Shown here piece by piece: positions 19,593 through 27,306 of a DNA stretch of 32,000 bases (position 1 is the first letter of the stretch; each line of letters opens with the position of its first letter). The position numbers were made by a program, and so were the translations under genes. Under the pieces are notes generated by a model. That model did not search any database and was not told the origin of the DNA. It saw nothing but the letters and a program-made list of their open reading frames with translations. Origin of the DNA: Okeania sp. (GTDB taxonomy: Bacteria; Cyanobacteriota; Cyanobacteriia; Cyanobacteriales; Microcoleaceae); NCBI RefSeq assembly GCF_035285525.1, contig NZ_JAYKGW010000042.1, positions 31,669 to 63,668 of the forward strand. The letters run 5' to 3'.

Positions 19593-20036
19593 ATGTCTAA
19601 AAAGAAAGTTTTAATCGTAGATGACTGCGAAATAATCAGAAAACAATGTTCTCGTATTCTCATCAAGATGGGATTTAATGTTAAATTAGCAAGTAATGGT
19701 TTAGAAGCAATAGAACAAGTAAAACTATACCATCCTGATGTAGTAATTTTAGATATTATTATGCCAGAAATGAATGGATATCAAGTTTGTCGTCAAATCA
19801 AATCTCATCCTCAAACTAAGAATATATCTGTAATTTTTTGTTCTAGTAAATGTTCAGAAGTTGATATTTATTGGGGTATGAAACAAGGTGCTGATGGCTA
19901 TATTAGTAAGCCTGTAAAAAAGGATAAGTTAATTACATTAATGTCAAGATTTAGTGGTTATAAAAATGAGATTAAAGAATATAGCGATCAGTCTCTTTAT
20001 CAGGAAGGACGTATTCAGATTTTACCTAGTGTTTAG
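19593..20036 (+). CDS. single-domain response regulator (CheY-like receiver)
   Basis: 147 aa. It has the acidic pair D10/D11, the phospho-acceptor D54 (VVILDIIMPEMNG), S84 and K106 (YISKP). No output domain. Confidence 0.9.
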   Translation: MSKKKVLIVDDCEIIRKQCSRILIKMGFNVKLASNGLEAIEQVKLYHPDVVILDIIMPEMNGYQVCRQIKSHPQTKNISVIFCSSKCSEVDIYWGMKQGADGYISKPVKKDKLITLMSRFSGYKNEIKEYSDQSLYQEGRIQILPSV

Positions 20037-20074
20037 CAAGTAGTCGTCCCCAATAAATTTCTGATTAGAAAATA

Positions 20075-20980
20075 CTAAAAACCTAAATTTTGAGAAATTA
20101 CTTCTAATAGAAATAAACCTGCTACAGAATTTCCTTGTTGGTTAAGATGAGGACTATAGGAAACAATTACTCCTGTTCCAGGAACTATTCCCAAAACAAT
20201 TCCACTAACACTAGATTTGGTGGGAATTTTTATTTTTATAGCATAATTAATTGAGGCTTCATATAAACCACAAGTAGTCATTAATTTTTGCACAGTTAAA
20301 CAGTATTTTTGGCATTCAGGATGAGGTGCATTTACTAATAACATTCCGAGATTAGCTACATCGAATATCTTAGCAGATAAACAACAGATTTGATTATAAG
20401 TATCTAAACTAATTTCTGCTTCTTTTATACAGCCAGATTCTACTAATTTTTGAGCTATAGCTTGATTCTTTTGATTAGGTAAAGAACGAACCGAAGCCAA
20501 CATATTTTCATCTAAAAATAATTGACAATTTCCATAGTTATTCAACCAACAACAAAAATTTTCACATCTTTCTATAGCAGTATTTCCTGGTAATAAAGAT
20601 GATAAAGCGATCGCTCCACTATTAATCATCGGATTTCGCGGCCATCCCTCATCAGTTTCTAATTGTTCTAAAGAATTAAAAGGTTTTTCTGAAGGTTCTT
20701 GACCAACTTTTTTAAATACAAATTCATTGCCAAATTTAGATAATAAATAGAATAACAGAAATGGTTTAATCACACTCATTAAAGGAACTTTGGTTTCCAC
20801 ATCCCCTAATGATATAATTTGATTATCAATACTTTGCAAGACAACTGCAAAATTATTAGAGTTAGCTTCAGCAAGTAAAGGGATATAAGTAGGTAGTGTA
20901 CCTGATTTACTTTTAGCTAATGTTTGTTTTACCCATTTTGTTAATTCCTGTTCGTTAATTTCTGATAAACTTTTAAACAT
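20075..20980 (-). CDS. glsA: glutaminase
   Basis: ATG 20980 (MFKSLSEINE) is preferred; the 22 upstream codons to TTG 21046 read through an (AAGGTAG)n repeat. Motifs are SVIKPF (Ser-x-x-Lys), NPMINSGAIA and PTKSSVSG. Confidence 0.9.
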   Translation of the reverse strand: MFKSLSEINEQELTKWVKQTLAKSKSGTLPTYIPLLAEANSNNFAVVLQSIDNQIISLGDVETKVPLMSVIKPFLLFYLLSKFGNEFVFKKVGQEPSEKPFNSLEQLETDEGWPRNPMINSGAIALSSLLPGNTAIERCENFCCWLNNYGNCQLFLDENMLASVRSLPNQKNQAIAQKLVESGCIKEAEISLDTYNQICCLSAKIFDVANLGMLLVNAPHPECQKYCLTVQKLMTTCGLYEASINYAIKIKIPTKSSVSGIVLGIVPGTGVIVSYSPHLNQQGNSVAGLFLLEVISQNLGF

Positions 20981-20991
20981 AAAAATAGTAA

Positions 20992-21033
20992 AAGGAATAA
21001 GGAATAAGGTAGAAGGTAGAAGGTATAAGGTAG
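20992..21033. repeat. heptamer tandem repeat (AAGG[A/T]A[T/G]) x6 in the glutaminase leader
   Basis: Direct reading: aaggaat aaggaat aaggtag aaggtag aaggtat aaggtag. Confidence 0.9.
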
Positions 21034-21166
21034 AAACTTTGAACAAAAAGGAATAAATGATAGAAATAACTATCTAAAATTAATTGAAGCAGCTATTTTA
21101 ATCATTCAGCCATCAGCTATAAGCTAACAGCTTTGAATTAAGTGGTTTTCCAAAATAGATTTCCTA

Positions 21167-21487
21167 GTTGAAAGAAATAGGGAAAGGGGAACAGGAAGAA
21201 ATAATTGATAATTTATCAACTAAGATTCGATATTTATAATCTAATATTTCAATAATTAATAATTAACAATTAATAATTACCAAAAAATTAGGTATAAAGC
21301 CTCCCCTGGTTCGGGGATGAAAAAACACTTAACTAAGTATTTCAAGTCTCCGACTTTAGTCAAAGGTTCACTCTCTACTATCTACTGATAACTGAAGTTG
21401 AAATAGGGAAAAGGGAACAGGAAGAAATAATTGATAATTTATCAACTAAGATTGGATATTTATAATCTAATATTTCAATAATTAATA
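21167..21487 (+). repeat. ~92-bp direct repeat pair, period 230 bp, flanking two-hairpin copy B
   Basis: gttgaaa(gaa)atagggaaa.gggaacaggaagaaataattgataatttatcaactaagatt.gatatttataatctaatatttcaataattaata occurs at 21167-21261 and 21397-21487. Confidence 0.8.
21280..21396 (+). repeat. two-hairpin element, type 1, copy B
   Basis: It reads ccaaaaaattaggtataaagcct, the perfect hairpin cccc-tggttc-gggg, atgaaaaaacacttaactaagtatttcaag, a decayed hairpin 2, then ttcactctctact...ctgataactgaag. Confidence 0.8.
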
Positions 21488-21488
21488 G

Positions 21489-21580
21489 TTACCCCTTCTT
21501 ATAAAGAAGAGGATTGACTAACAAAACTCTTTTTTCTTTTTCCTCCATGAATGGAGGGGCTTTATACCTTAATTTTTTAG
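21489..21580 (-). repeat. two-hairpin element, type 2, copy F
   Basis: The reverse complement reads taaaaaattaaggtataaagccc, the perfect hairpin cctcca-ttca-tggagg, an A-rich stretch, then the hairpin cctcttctt-tat-aagaagggg. Confidence 0.65.
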
Positions 21581-21771
21581 TAATTAATTTTGCTTATGAA
21601 ATTATCAAATTAATTTTGCATAAGCACTTATTAACTTATGATAATACCAAAAAAGGCATTAGCTTCTCAAGAGAATTAAAATTTATGTTTGCGTTTGCGT
21701 AGCATCCCATAGGGAAGCATTCCCCAGGAAATGCTGAATAATTAAACTCATTTAATACCTATTTATTTTCC

Positions 21772-22452
21772 ATGAAAAAACTAATAGTAATTACAGGGGT
21801 AAGTAAAGGTTTAGGTAGAGCAATGACTGATGAATTTATTAATTTAGGTCATACCGTTATAGGTTGCGCTCGTTCTCAATCTACTATAGAAAATTTAACT
21901 AATAAATATCCTCATTCACATCAGTTTAGTTGTGTCAATGTAGCAGATGAAAATTCTGTGCAAGAGTGGGCAAGTAAAACATTAACTAATTATTCACCGC
22001 CAGATTTATTAATCAATAATGCAGGTATAATTAATCAACCAGCACATATTTGGGAAGTTGATAGTGAAGAATTTTCCCAATTAATTGATATTAATATTAA
22101 AGGTGTGGTAAATGTGATACGTCATTTTGTCCCAGCTATGATTTCTAGGAGAAGTGGTATTATTGTTAATTTTAGTTCTGGGTGGGGACGTTCTACTTCT
22201 CCACAAGTTGGACCATATTGTGCTTCTAAGTGGGCAATAGAAGGTTTAACTCGTGCTTTAGCTCAGGAGTTACCGTTAGGAATGGCTGCTATTCCTCTTA
22301 ATCCAGGAATTATTCATACTGATATGTTGGATATTTGTTTTGGAGAGGATGCAAAGTCTTTTTCCTCTGTTAAGTCTTGGGTAAAAAGAGCTGTTCCTTT
22401 TTTGTTGAAATTAAAACCCCAGGATAATGGGATACCTTTGACTGTATCTTAA
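21772..22452 (+). CDS. short-chain dehydrogenase/reductase (SDR)
   Basis: 226 aa with the TGVSKGLG cofactor motif, NNAG and the catalytic YCASK (YxxxK). Confidence 0.9.
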   Translation: MKKLIVITGVSKGLGRAMTDEFINLGHTVIGCARSQSTIENLTNKYPHSHQFSCVNVADENSVQEWASKTLTNYSPPDLLINNAGIINQPAHIWEVDSEEFSQLIDINIKGVVNVIRHFVPAMISRRSGIIVNFSSGWGRSTSPQVGPYCASKWAIEGLTRALAQELPLGMAAIPLNPGIIHTDMLDICFGEDAKSFSSVKSWVKRAVPFLLKLKPQDNGIPLTVS

Positions 22453-22547
22453 AAACCTGATAGTCAGAGTAAAAATTAGTATATTTTTTCAAAAATCTCT
22501 TACCAATTACTTATTTCTGACTTTTTTGTGAATTCTGGTTTTTAAAA

Positions 22548-22629
22548 TGCGGATGAAGGGAATCGAACCCCCACTTCCGAAGAAACTAGAACCTAAATCT
22601 AGCGCGTCTACCAATTCCGCCACATCCGC
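22548..22629 (-). tRNA. tRNA-Leu (anticodon UAG)
   Basis: 82-nt cloverleaf read by hand. Acceptor GCGGATG/CATCCGC; D arm GCG-GAATTGGTAGA-CGC; anticodon stem CTAGA/TCTAG with loop TTTAGGT. It has a long variable arm with a TTCG loop and a T loop TTCGATT (the T stem needs two G-U pairs). Discriminator is A and CCA is not encoded. Confidence 0.85.
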
Positions 22630-22851
22630 ATAATTTTAATATAACACACAAATCAAAATTTTTTGTATTTATTCTCAATTTTTTTTTAGATAGAGTTGTG
22701 AAAAAGTCTTGTTGCTATTTTTAGGGATTATTTAGGGCTTGCTGATTAAATTATAGAAGTATTGACATTCTCAAGTTTTGGCCTTCTTAAGTCGTGATTG
22801 ATCAGGAACCGTGTACATCTTCTACAACTCCTTATTCCTCATTGACTCTTC

Positions 22852-22994
22852 ATATCAAATCCGCTGGCTTTGGAGGATAAGGTTATACCATCAGTATTAG
22901 CTAAAATTCCTAGCTTGTCAGGGTACAGTTCCCGAAAAATTGGAGACCAAACCCCTACAGCCTTAAATTCTACCAATACTAACGGATTTGATAT
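22852..22994 (-). mobile_element. MITE-A, second copy (inverted relative to 1941-2098)
   Basis: It has the same 12-bp TIRs, and its reverse complement aligns along the whole length of copy 1. It lies between tRNA-Leu and the 3' end of the cyclase gene. Confidence 0.75.
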
Positions 22995-22997
22995 CAC

Positions 22998-23025
22998 TAC
23001 TCCCTACTCCCTACTTCCTACTCCC
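22998..23025. repeat. heptamer tandem repeat (TACTCCC) x4 overlapping the cyclase stop codon
   Basis: Direct reading. On the minus strand it encodes ...GVGSRE followed by the stop. Confidence 0.9.
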
Positions 23026-26000
23026 TTTCCTTGCAAAATATAAGCCTTCATTTTTCCCTTACCCTTTATATCAATGAATCCTCGTTCTGTAAATAAAAAT
23101 TTGTGCTGCAAAATCCGATAAGTATTCTCTGTAACTTGGATTAATCCTGGTATGCCATGAGATTCCATGCGACTAGCAATATTTACGGTATCACCCCATA
23201 GGTCGTAGATAAATTTCTTACGTCCAATTACACCAGCTACTACGGGGCCAGTATTAATACCAATCCGAATCCGAAAATCTCGTTGATGCTCATTAGTAAA
23301 ATGTTCTACTTCTTTTAATATATCTAGAGCCATTAAAGCGATCGCTTCGGTATGATTTTTCATTGGTTGAGGCAACCCACCGACAACCATATAAGCATCG
23401 CCAATAGTTTTAATTTTCTCTAAATTATACTTTTCTGCTAATAAATCAAACCTGGAAAAAATCTCATTTAACCAATAAACTAATTGCTCAGGATGAACGG
23501 AACTTGCTAACTCAGTAAAGCCTACTAAGTCTGCAAATAAAACTGTAACTTCGGCAAAGTCTTCTGCAATAATTTCTTGATTTTCTTTTAATTTATCAGC
23601 AATAGGTTTAGGGAAAATATTTAATAGTAATTTTTCTGACTTTTCCTGTTCTAAAAGTAAAGCTTGTTCTGTTTTTTTTCTTTCAGTTATATCACGACAA
23701 AGAGCTAAAATTAAATTACTATTACCTGCTTGTAATAAACCCCGACGTATTTCTACTGGAAAAGTTTTACCATTTTGGCATTTGTGTATTTTTTGTATAG
23801 TTATCGGTAAGCCAGGAATTAATTCTTGCCACTTTTGCTCAATTTCTTCTGATAAATTTACCTCAATATCTTGTATATAAAGATTCAATAATTCTGCACG
23901 AGTATATCCTAAACTTTGAGAAGCAATTTGATTGACATCAATAATTTTTCCTTGCAAATCGTGAATAATAAAAGCATCTGCTGCTTGTTCCATAATAGCT
24001 CTAAATTTTTCCTCACTTTCTCGCAAAGCTGCTTGTGCTAATTTCCTTTCAGTTATGTCTCGTATGGCAGTTACTTTATGTTGATTTCCATGATAAAAAA
24101 ATTTTTTTGCTTCTATTTCTATGGGAAAAGTAGAGCGGTCTTTTCTAAGTCCAAATACTTCATAAGGTTTCTCATATCCAGAACTCAAATTTTGCCGTAC
24201 TAAGTCTTGATATTTTGAGTCTATTAATTCTAATCCATTCATGCCTATCATTTCTGATAGTTCATATTGAAACATTTGCAAAGCTGCACTATTTGCATCA
24301 ACTATTTCTCCTAGTTCGTGAATAATAATTGCCTCAAAAGTTGCTGTAGATAAACTCCTAAATCTTTTTTCGTTTTCTCGAAGTTTTACTTCTGCTTTTT
24401 TTCTTTGAGAAATGTCTCTAAAAGTTCCGGTGTAAAATTTTATTTGATTTAATTTGGCTTCTCTAATAGCAATTTCCATAGGAAATAAAGAACCATCTTT
24501 GCGAATACCAACTAACTCGTAAAGATTTCCTGTCTCAGCAATATTAGATATCAAAAATTCTATATAATATTTTTTTTGATTGCTTTTTTTTTCTGCCTCT
24601 AAATCTGTTTGAATATCTGCTGAATTTGACTCTGCTAAATGAAGAAAATTTGGAAAATAAGACTGCCAGTTTTCCGGTTTAATATCCTCATTATTAAATC
24701 TATAATAAACATCTCCAATTTCTTGATTTGGAGAGAATATAAAACTTGGATAAACCCAGAAGTTTAATGGTTCTAATATTGATTTATTTACAGAAGGAAA
24801 TAAATCATGACCGTTGATTTTTTCCATTGTTAATGGATTAATAGTAAAATCAAGTATTTTAACAACAGGGATTCCTACTAATTCTTCAGACTTATAACCA
24901 AATATTTTCTCAACGCTAGGATTTGCACTAATAATTTCTAGTCCTGATTTACTAAAAGTTATAATTCCATCTTTAGCAACCTTAATAATAGCATCATTTC
25001 TGGCAGTAACTTCTTCCAAAGCATCCATAACCTGATTATATCTTTCTGCAATTTGACCTACTTCTGTAAAAGGTTCTACAGGCACTCTTAAACTTAAATC
25101 TTGGTTACGAGCTTGAGAATTCATTACTTCAAAAAAATCTAATATTTCGGTTTTAGCATTGTGTTCAGAAACATTTAAACCAATATACTCATCTTCTCTA
25201 GAAACTCGGAATAAAAAAAACTTATTTGTAATTAATAAAATTGGATATACAACACAAAATCCTAATATAAAAGCAGTACAAATTCCTAATAATTGAACAG
25301 TTAATTGTTGACTAAAACTAAGACCAGTATCTAATACTTCCCTCTTAGCAAATAAAGCTACTGCTAAAGTACCCCAAATACCCGCACCAAGATGAACTGG
25401 AATAGCTCCGACAGCATCATCAATCTGAATTTTTTCTAAAGCGTGCCCGACCACAATACTAACTATGCTACCAATAGCACCAATAACCACCGCAGAAAAA
25501 GCTGTAACTGCATGACAACTAGCTGTAATAGCAACGAGACCAGCTAAAGTTCCATTAATCAGTAGTTCAGCAGTGGGGATGCCAACAATATACCAACTAA
25601 TCCCAAGAGTAACCATCATTCCTGCTACACTAGCAAGAACTGTATTGACAATAATATCAGCTACTTGTTCATTCAAGACTAGGGTGCTGCCACCATTAAA
25701 CCCAAACCAACCAAACCAAATTAACATAGCTCCCAAAACTGATAGAGGCAAATTAGAACCATGAATTTTTTGCGGTGGGCGATCAGGAGGAAATCTACCA
25801 GTACGAGGTCCAATAACGAATAAAGCGGCCAAAGAAACCCAACCCCCAATACTATGAACAACTGTGGAACCTGCGAAGTCAATAAAACCACGTTGTCCTA
25901 ACCAACCTGTTGATATACCTGCATTAACTCCATTCCAAACCCAATGACCAAATATGGGGTAAATAAAACCGGAAACTAGGAAGGTAATAAATAGATAGGC

Positions 26001-26615
26001 CGCAAATTTCATTCGTTCAGCTACAGCGCCAGAAACAATAGTTGTTGCTGTGCCACAGAACATGACTTGGAATAGAAATAAAGCGATATCAAAAGGTTGC
26101 AGTTCAGTTCCCAAGAAGAAATTGGTATGGCCAATTAATCCACTATAAGATGCCCCAAACATAAAGGCAAACCCAAAAGCCCAAAAACAGGCAACTGAAA
26201 CACCAAAATCGGTTAAGTTTTTAATAGCAACGTTAATACTATTTTTTGACCTAGTAAGTCCGGATTCTAAACACATAAATCCAGGCTGCATGAGAAATAC
26301 TAATCCAGAGCAAAGTAATATCCACAAAATATCAATTGTTTGATATGTAAGTTCAGATTCTGAGGTTAATATATTATTGTTAAATTTGGATTTATTTTTT
26401 CTTTTAATAACAGTTTGGGGATTATAGTATAAATTTGTGGATTTAATTAAATATTCTTCTGGTGAAAGTTGAGATTTTTTCCATTCTTTGACTTCTTTTG
26501 TATTAGTTATTTGCTGATAATTATTTGTATGTTTATTGATTGGCGACCCTTGTAAAATGGTTAATGTTAGAGTCAGAAAGAATATAATAATTCCTAAAAT
26601 ATATTTTCGAGGCAT
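23004..26615 (-). CDS. ammonium transporter (Amt) domain - 3x PAS - class III adenylate cyclase fusion protein
   Basis: 1203-aa ORF. Amt hallmarks are at aa ~93-468: FIDFAGSTVVHSIGGW, WFGWFGFNGGS, AIPVHLGAGIWG. Three PAS-like modules span aa ~536-985, each ending in DI(S/T)(Q/E)RK. A cyclase homology domain spans aa ~1018-1195: VLFADLVGFT, KIKTIGDAYM, FIYDLWGDTVNIASRMES. The last 7 codons and the stop are encoded by a (GGGAGTA) repeat. Confidence 0.93.
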   Translation of the reverse strand: MPRKYILGIIIFFLTLTLTILQGSPINKHTNNYQQITNTKEVKEWKKSQLSPEEYLIKSTNLYYNPQTVIKRKNKSKFNNNILTSESELTYQTIDILWILLCSGLVFLMQPGFMCLESGLTRSKNSINVAIKNLTDFGVSVACFWAFGFAFMFGASYSGLIGHTNFFLGTELQPFDIALFLFQVMFCGTATTIVSGAVAERMKFAAYLFITFLVSGFIYPIFGHWVWNGVNAGISTGWLGQRGFIDFAGSTVVHSIGGWVSLAALFVIGPRTGRFPPDRPPQKIHGSNLPLSVLGAMLIWFGWFGFNGGSTLVLNEQVADIIVNTVLASVAGMMVTLGISWYIVGIPTAELLINGTLAGLVAITASCHAVTAFSAVVIGAIGSIVSIVVGHALEKIQIDDAVGAIPVHLGAGIWGTLAVALFAKREVLDTGLSFSQQLTVQLLGICTAFILGFCVVYPILLITNKFFLFRVSREDEYIGLNVSEHNAKTEILDFFEVMNSQARNQDLSLRVPVEPFTEVGQIAERYNQVMDALEEVTARNDAIIKVAKDGIITFSKSGLEIISANPSVEKIFGYKSEELVGIPVVKILDFTINPLTMEKINGHDLFPSVNKSILEPLNFWVYPSFIFSPNQEIGDVYYRFNNEDIKPENWQSYFPNFLHLAESNSADIQTDLEAEKKSNQKKYYIEFLISNIAETGNLYELVGIRKDGSLFPMEIAIREAKLNQIKFYTGTFRDISQRKKAEVKLRENEKRFRSLSTATFEAIIIHELGEIVDANSAALQMFQYELSEMIGMNGLELIDSKYQDLVRQNLSSGYEKPYEVFGLRKDRSTFPIEIEAKKFFYHGNQHKVTAIRDITERKLAQAALRESEEKFRAIMEQAADAFIIHDLQGKIIDVNQIASQSLGYTRAELLNLYIQDIEVNLSEEIEQKWQELIPGLPITIQKIHKCQNGKTFPVEIRRGLLQAGNSNLILALCRDITERKKTEQALLLEQEKSEKLLLNIFPKPIADKLKENQEIIAEDFAEVTVLFADLVGFTELASSVHPEQLVYWLNEIFSRFDLLAEKYNLEKIKTIGDAYMVVGGLPQPMKNHTEAIALMALDILKEVEHFTNEHQRDFRIRIGINTGPVVAGVIGRKKFIYDLWGDTVNIASRMESHGIPGLIQVTENTYRILQHKFLFTERGFIDIKGKGKMKAYILQGKGVGSRE

Positions 26616-27306
26616 AGATACGGTTCCCGAAAAATCGGGGCTTTTTTTAGATATTTTTTAAGTTAATTTTGTGGTCAGGATTCAGCGGTTAGTTATTAGG
26701 TATCAGTTACTCAAAAAGTAGAGATAAAAAGTTGGAATTAGTGTGGAGAATACACAAGTCCTGATATTGAAGTAAGTTGGATAAATTCTCTGAGGATAAA
26801 GTTGATTATGTATCCGATATTTTTTACTTCAATGGTAATAGAGAATATTGTTCCCAAAAGTAAAGATCGCCAGAGATTAAATGATTAAGAATAATGTATA
26901 TAATATGTGATTTTACTTATGATGGGTCTAGTTTTTATGATGTAAAACTCTTGGTTCAAAGAGGTTTATATTACAAAATAAAGTGCTGTAGATTCAGCAC
27001 TTTCCGTTATTATGAGAGATACAATCGGGGGCAAGATGCGCCCACTACAAAACTTTCACTATTTACCCTATACCTCATTTGTCCGAAATATGCTGTAAAA
27101 CCTACTTATCAATATATCATATTGTTAGTCGATATTTCTCACTTCAAAAGTAATATCAGACATTTTTTTAGGAAGAAATTTAATTAGAGGCTGAGTTATT
27201 AAGAATAAAGTTTATAGTTCCTATGTAGTATGTAATTTCCCTTAAGAATATCATATCTGTTAGTATTGATTGTGTAAAAGCCGACAAAACAGTTAACTGA
27301 TAACTG

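Noticed and set aside
20981-21046. 22-codon N-terminal extension of glutaminase from TTG 21046
   Set aside because: The extension is a read-through of the (AAGGTAG)n heptamer repeat (…LYLLPSTLFLIPFTIF). The ATG at 20980 gives a normal glutaminase N-terminus.
21514-21702. ORF 21514-21702(+) and ORF 26894-27187(+)
   Set aside because: The first starts inside two-hairpin copy F. The second lies in AT-rich spacer and has an implausible composition (Y/F/C/K-rich). Neither has an SD or a recognisable motif.
26616-26900. NtcA box (GTA-N8-TAC) upstream of the Amt-cyclase gene
   Set aside because: I scanned the 285 bp upstream by eye and found only near-misses (for example GTA-N8-TAT at about 26847). 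No canonical site is present, so nitrogen control via NtcA cannot be claimed from sequence.
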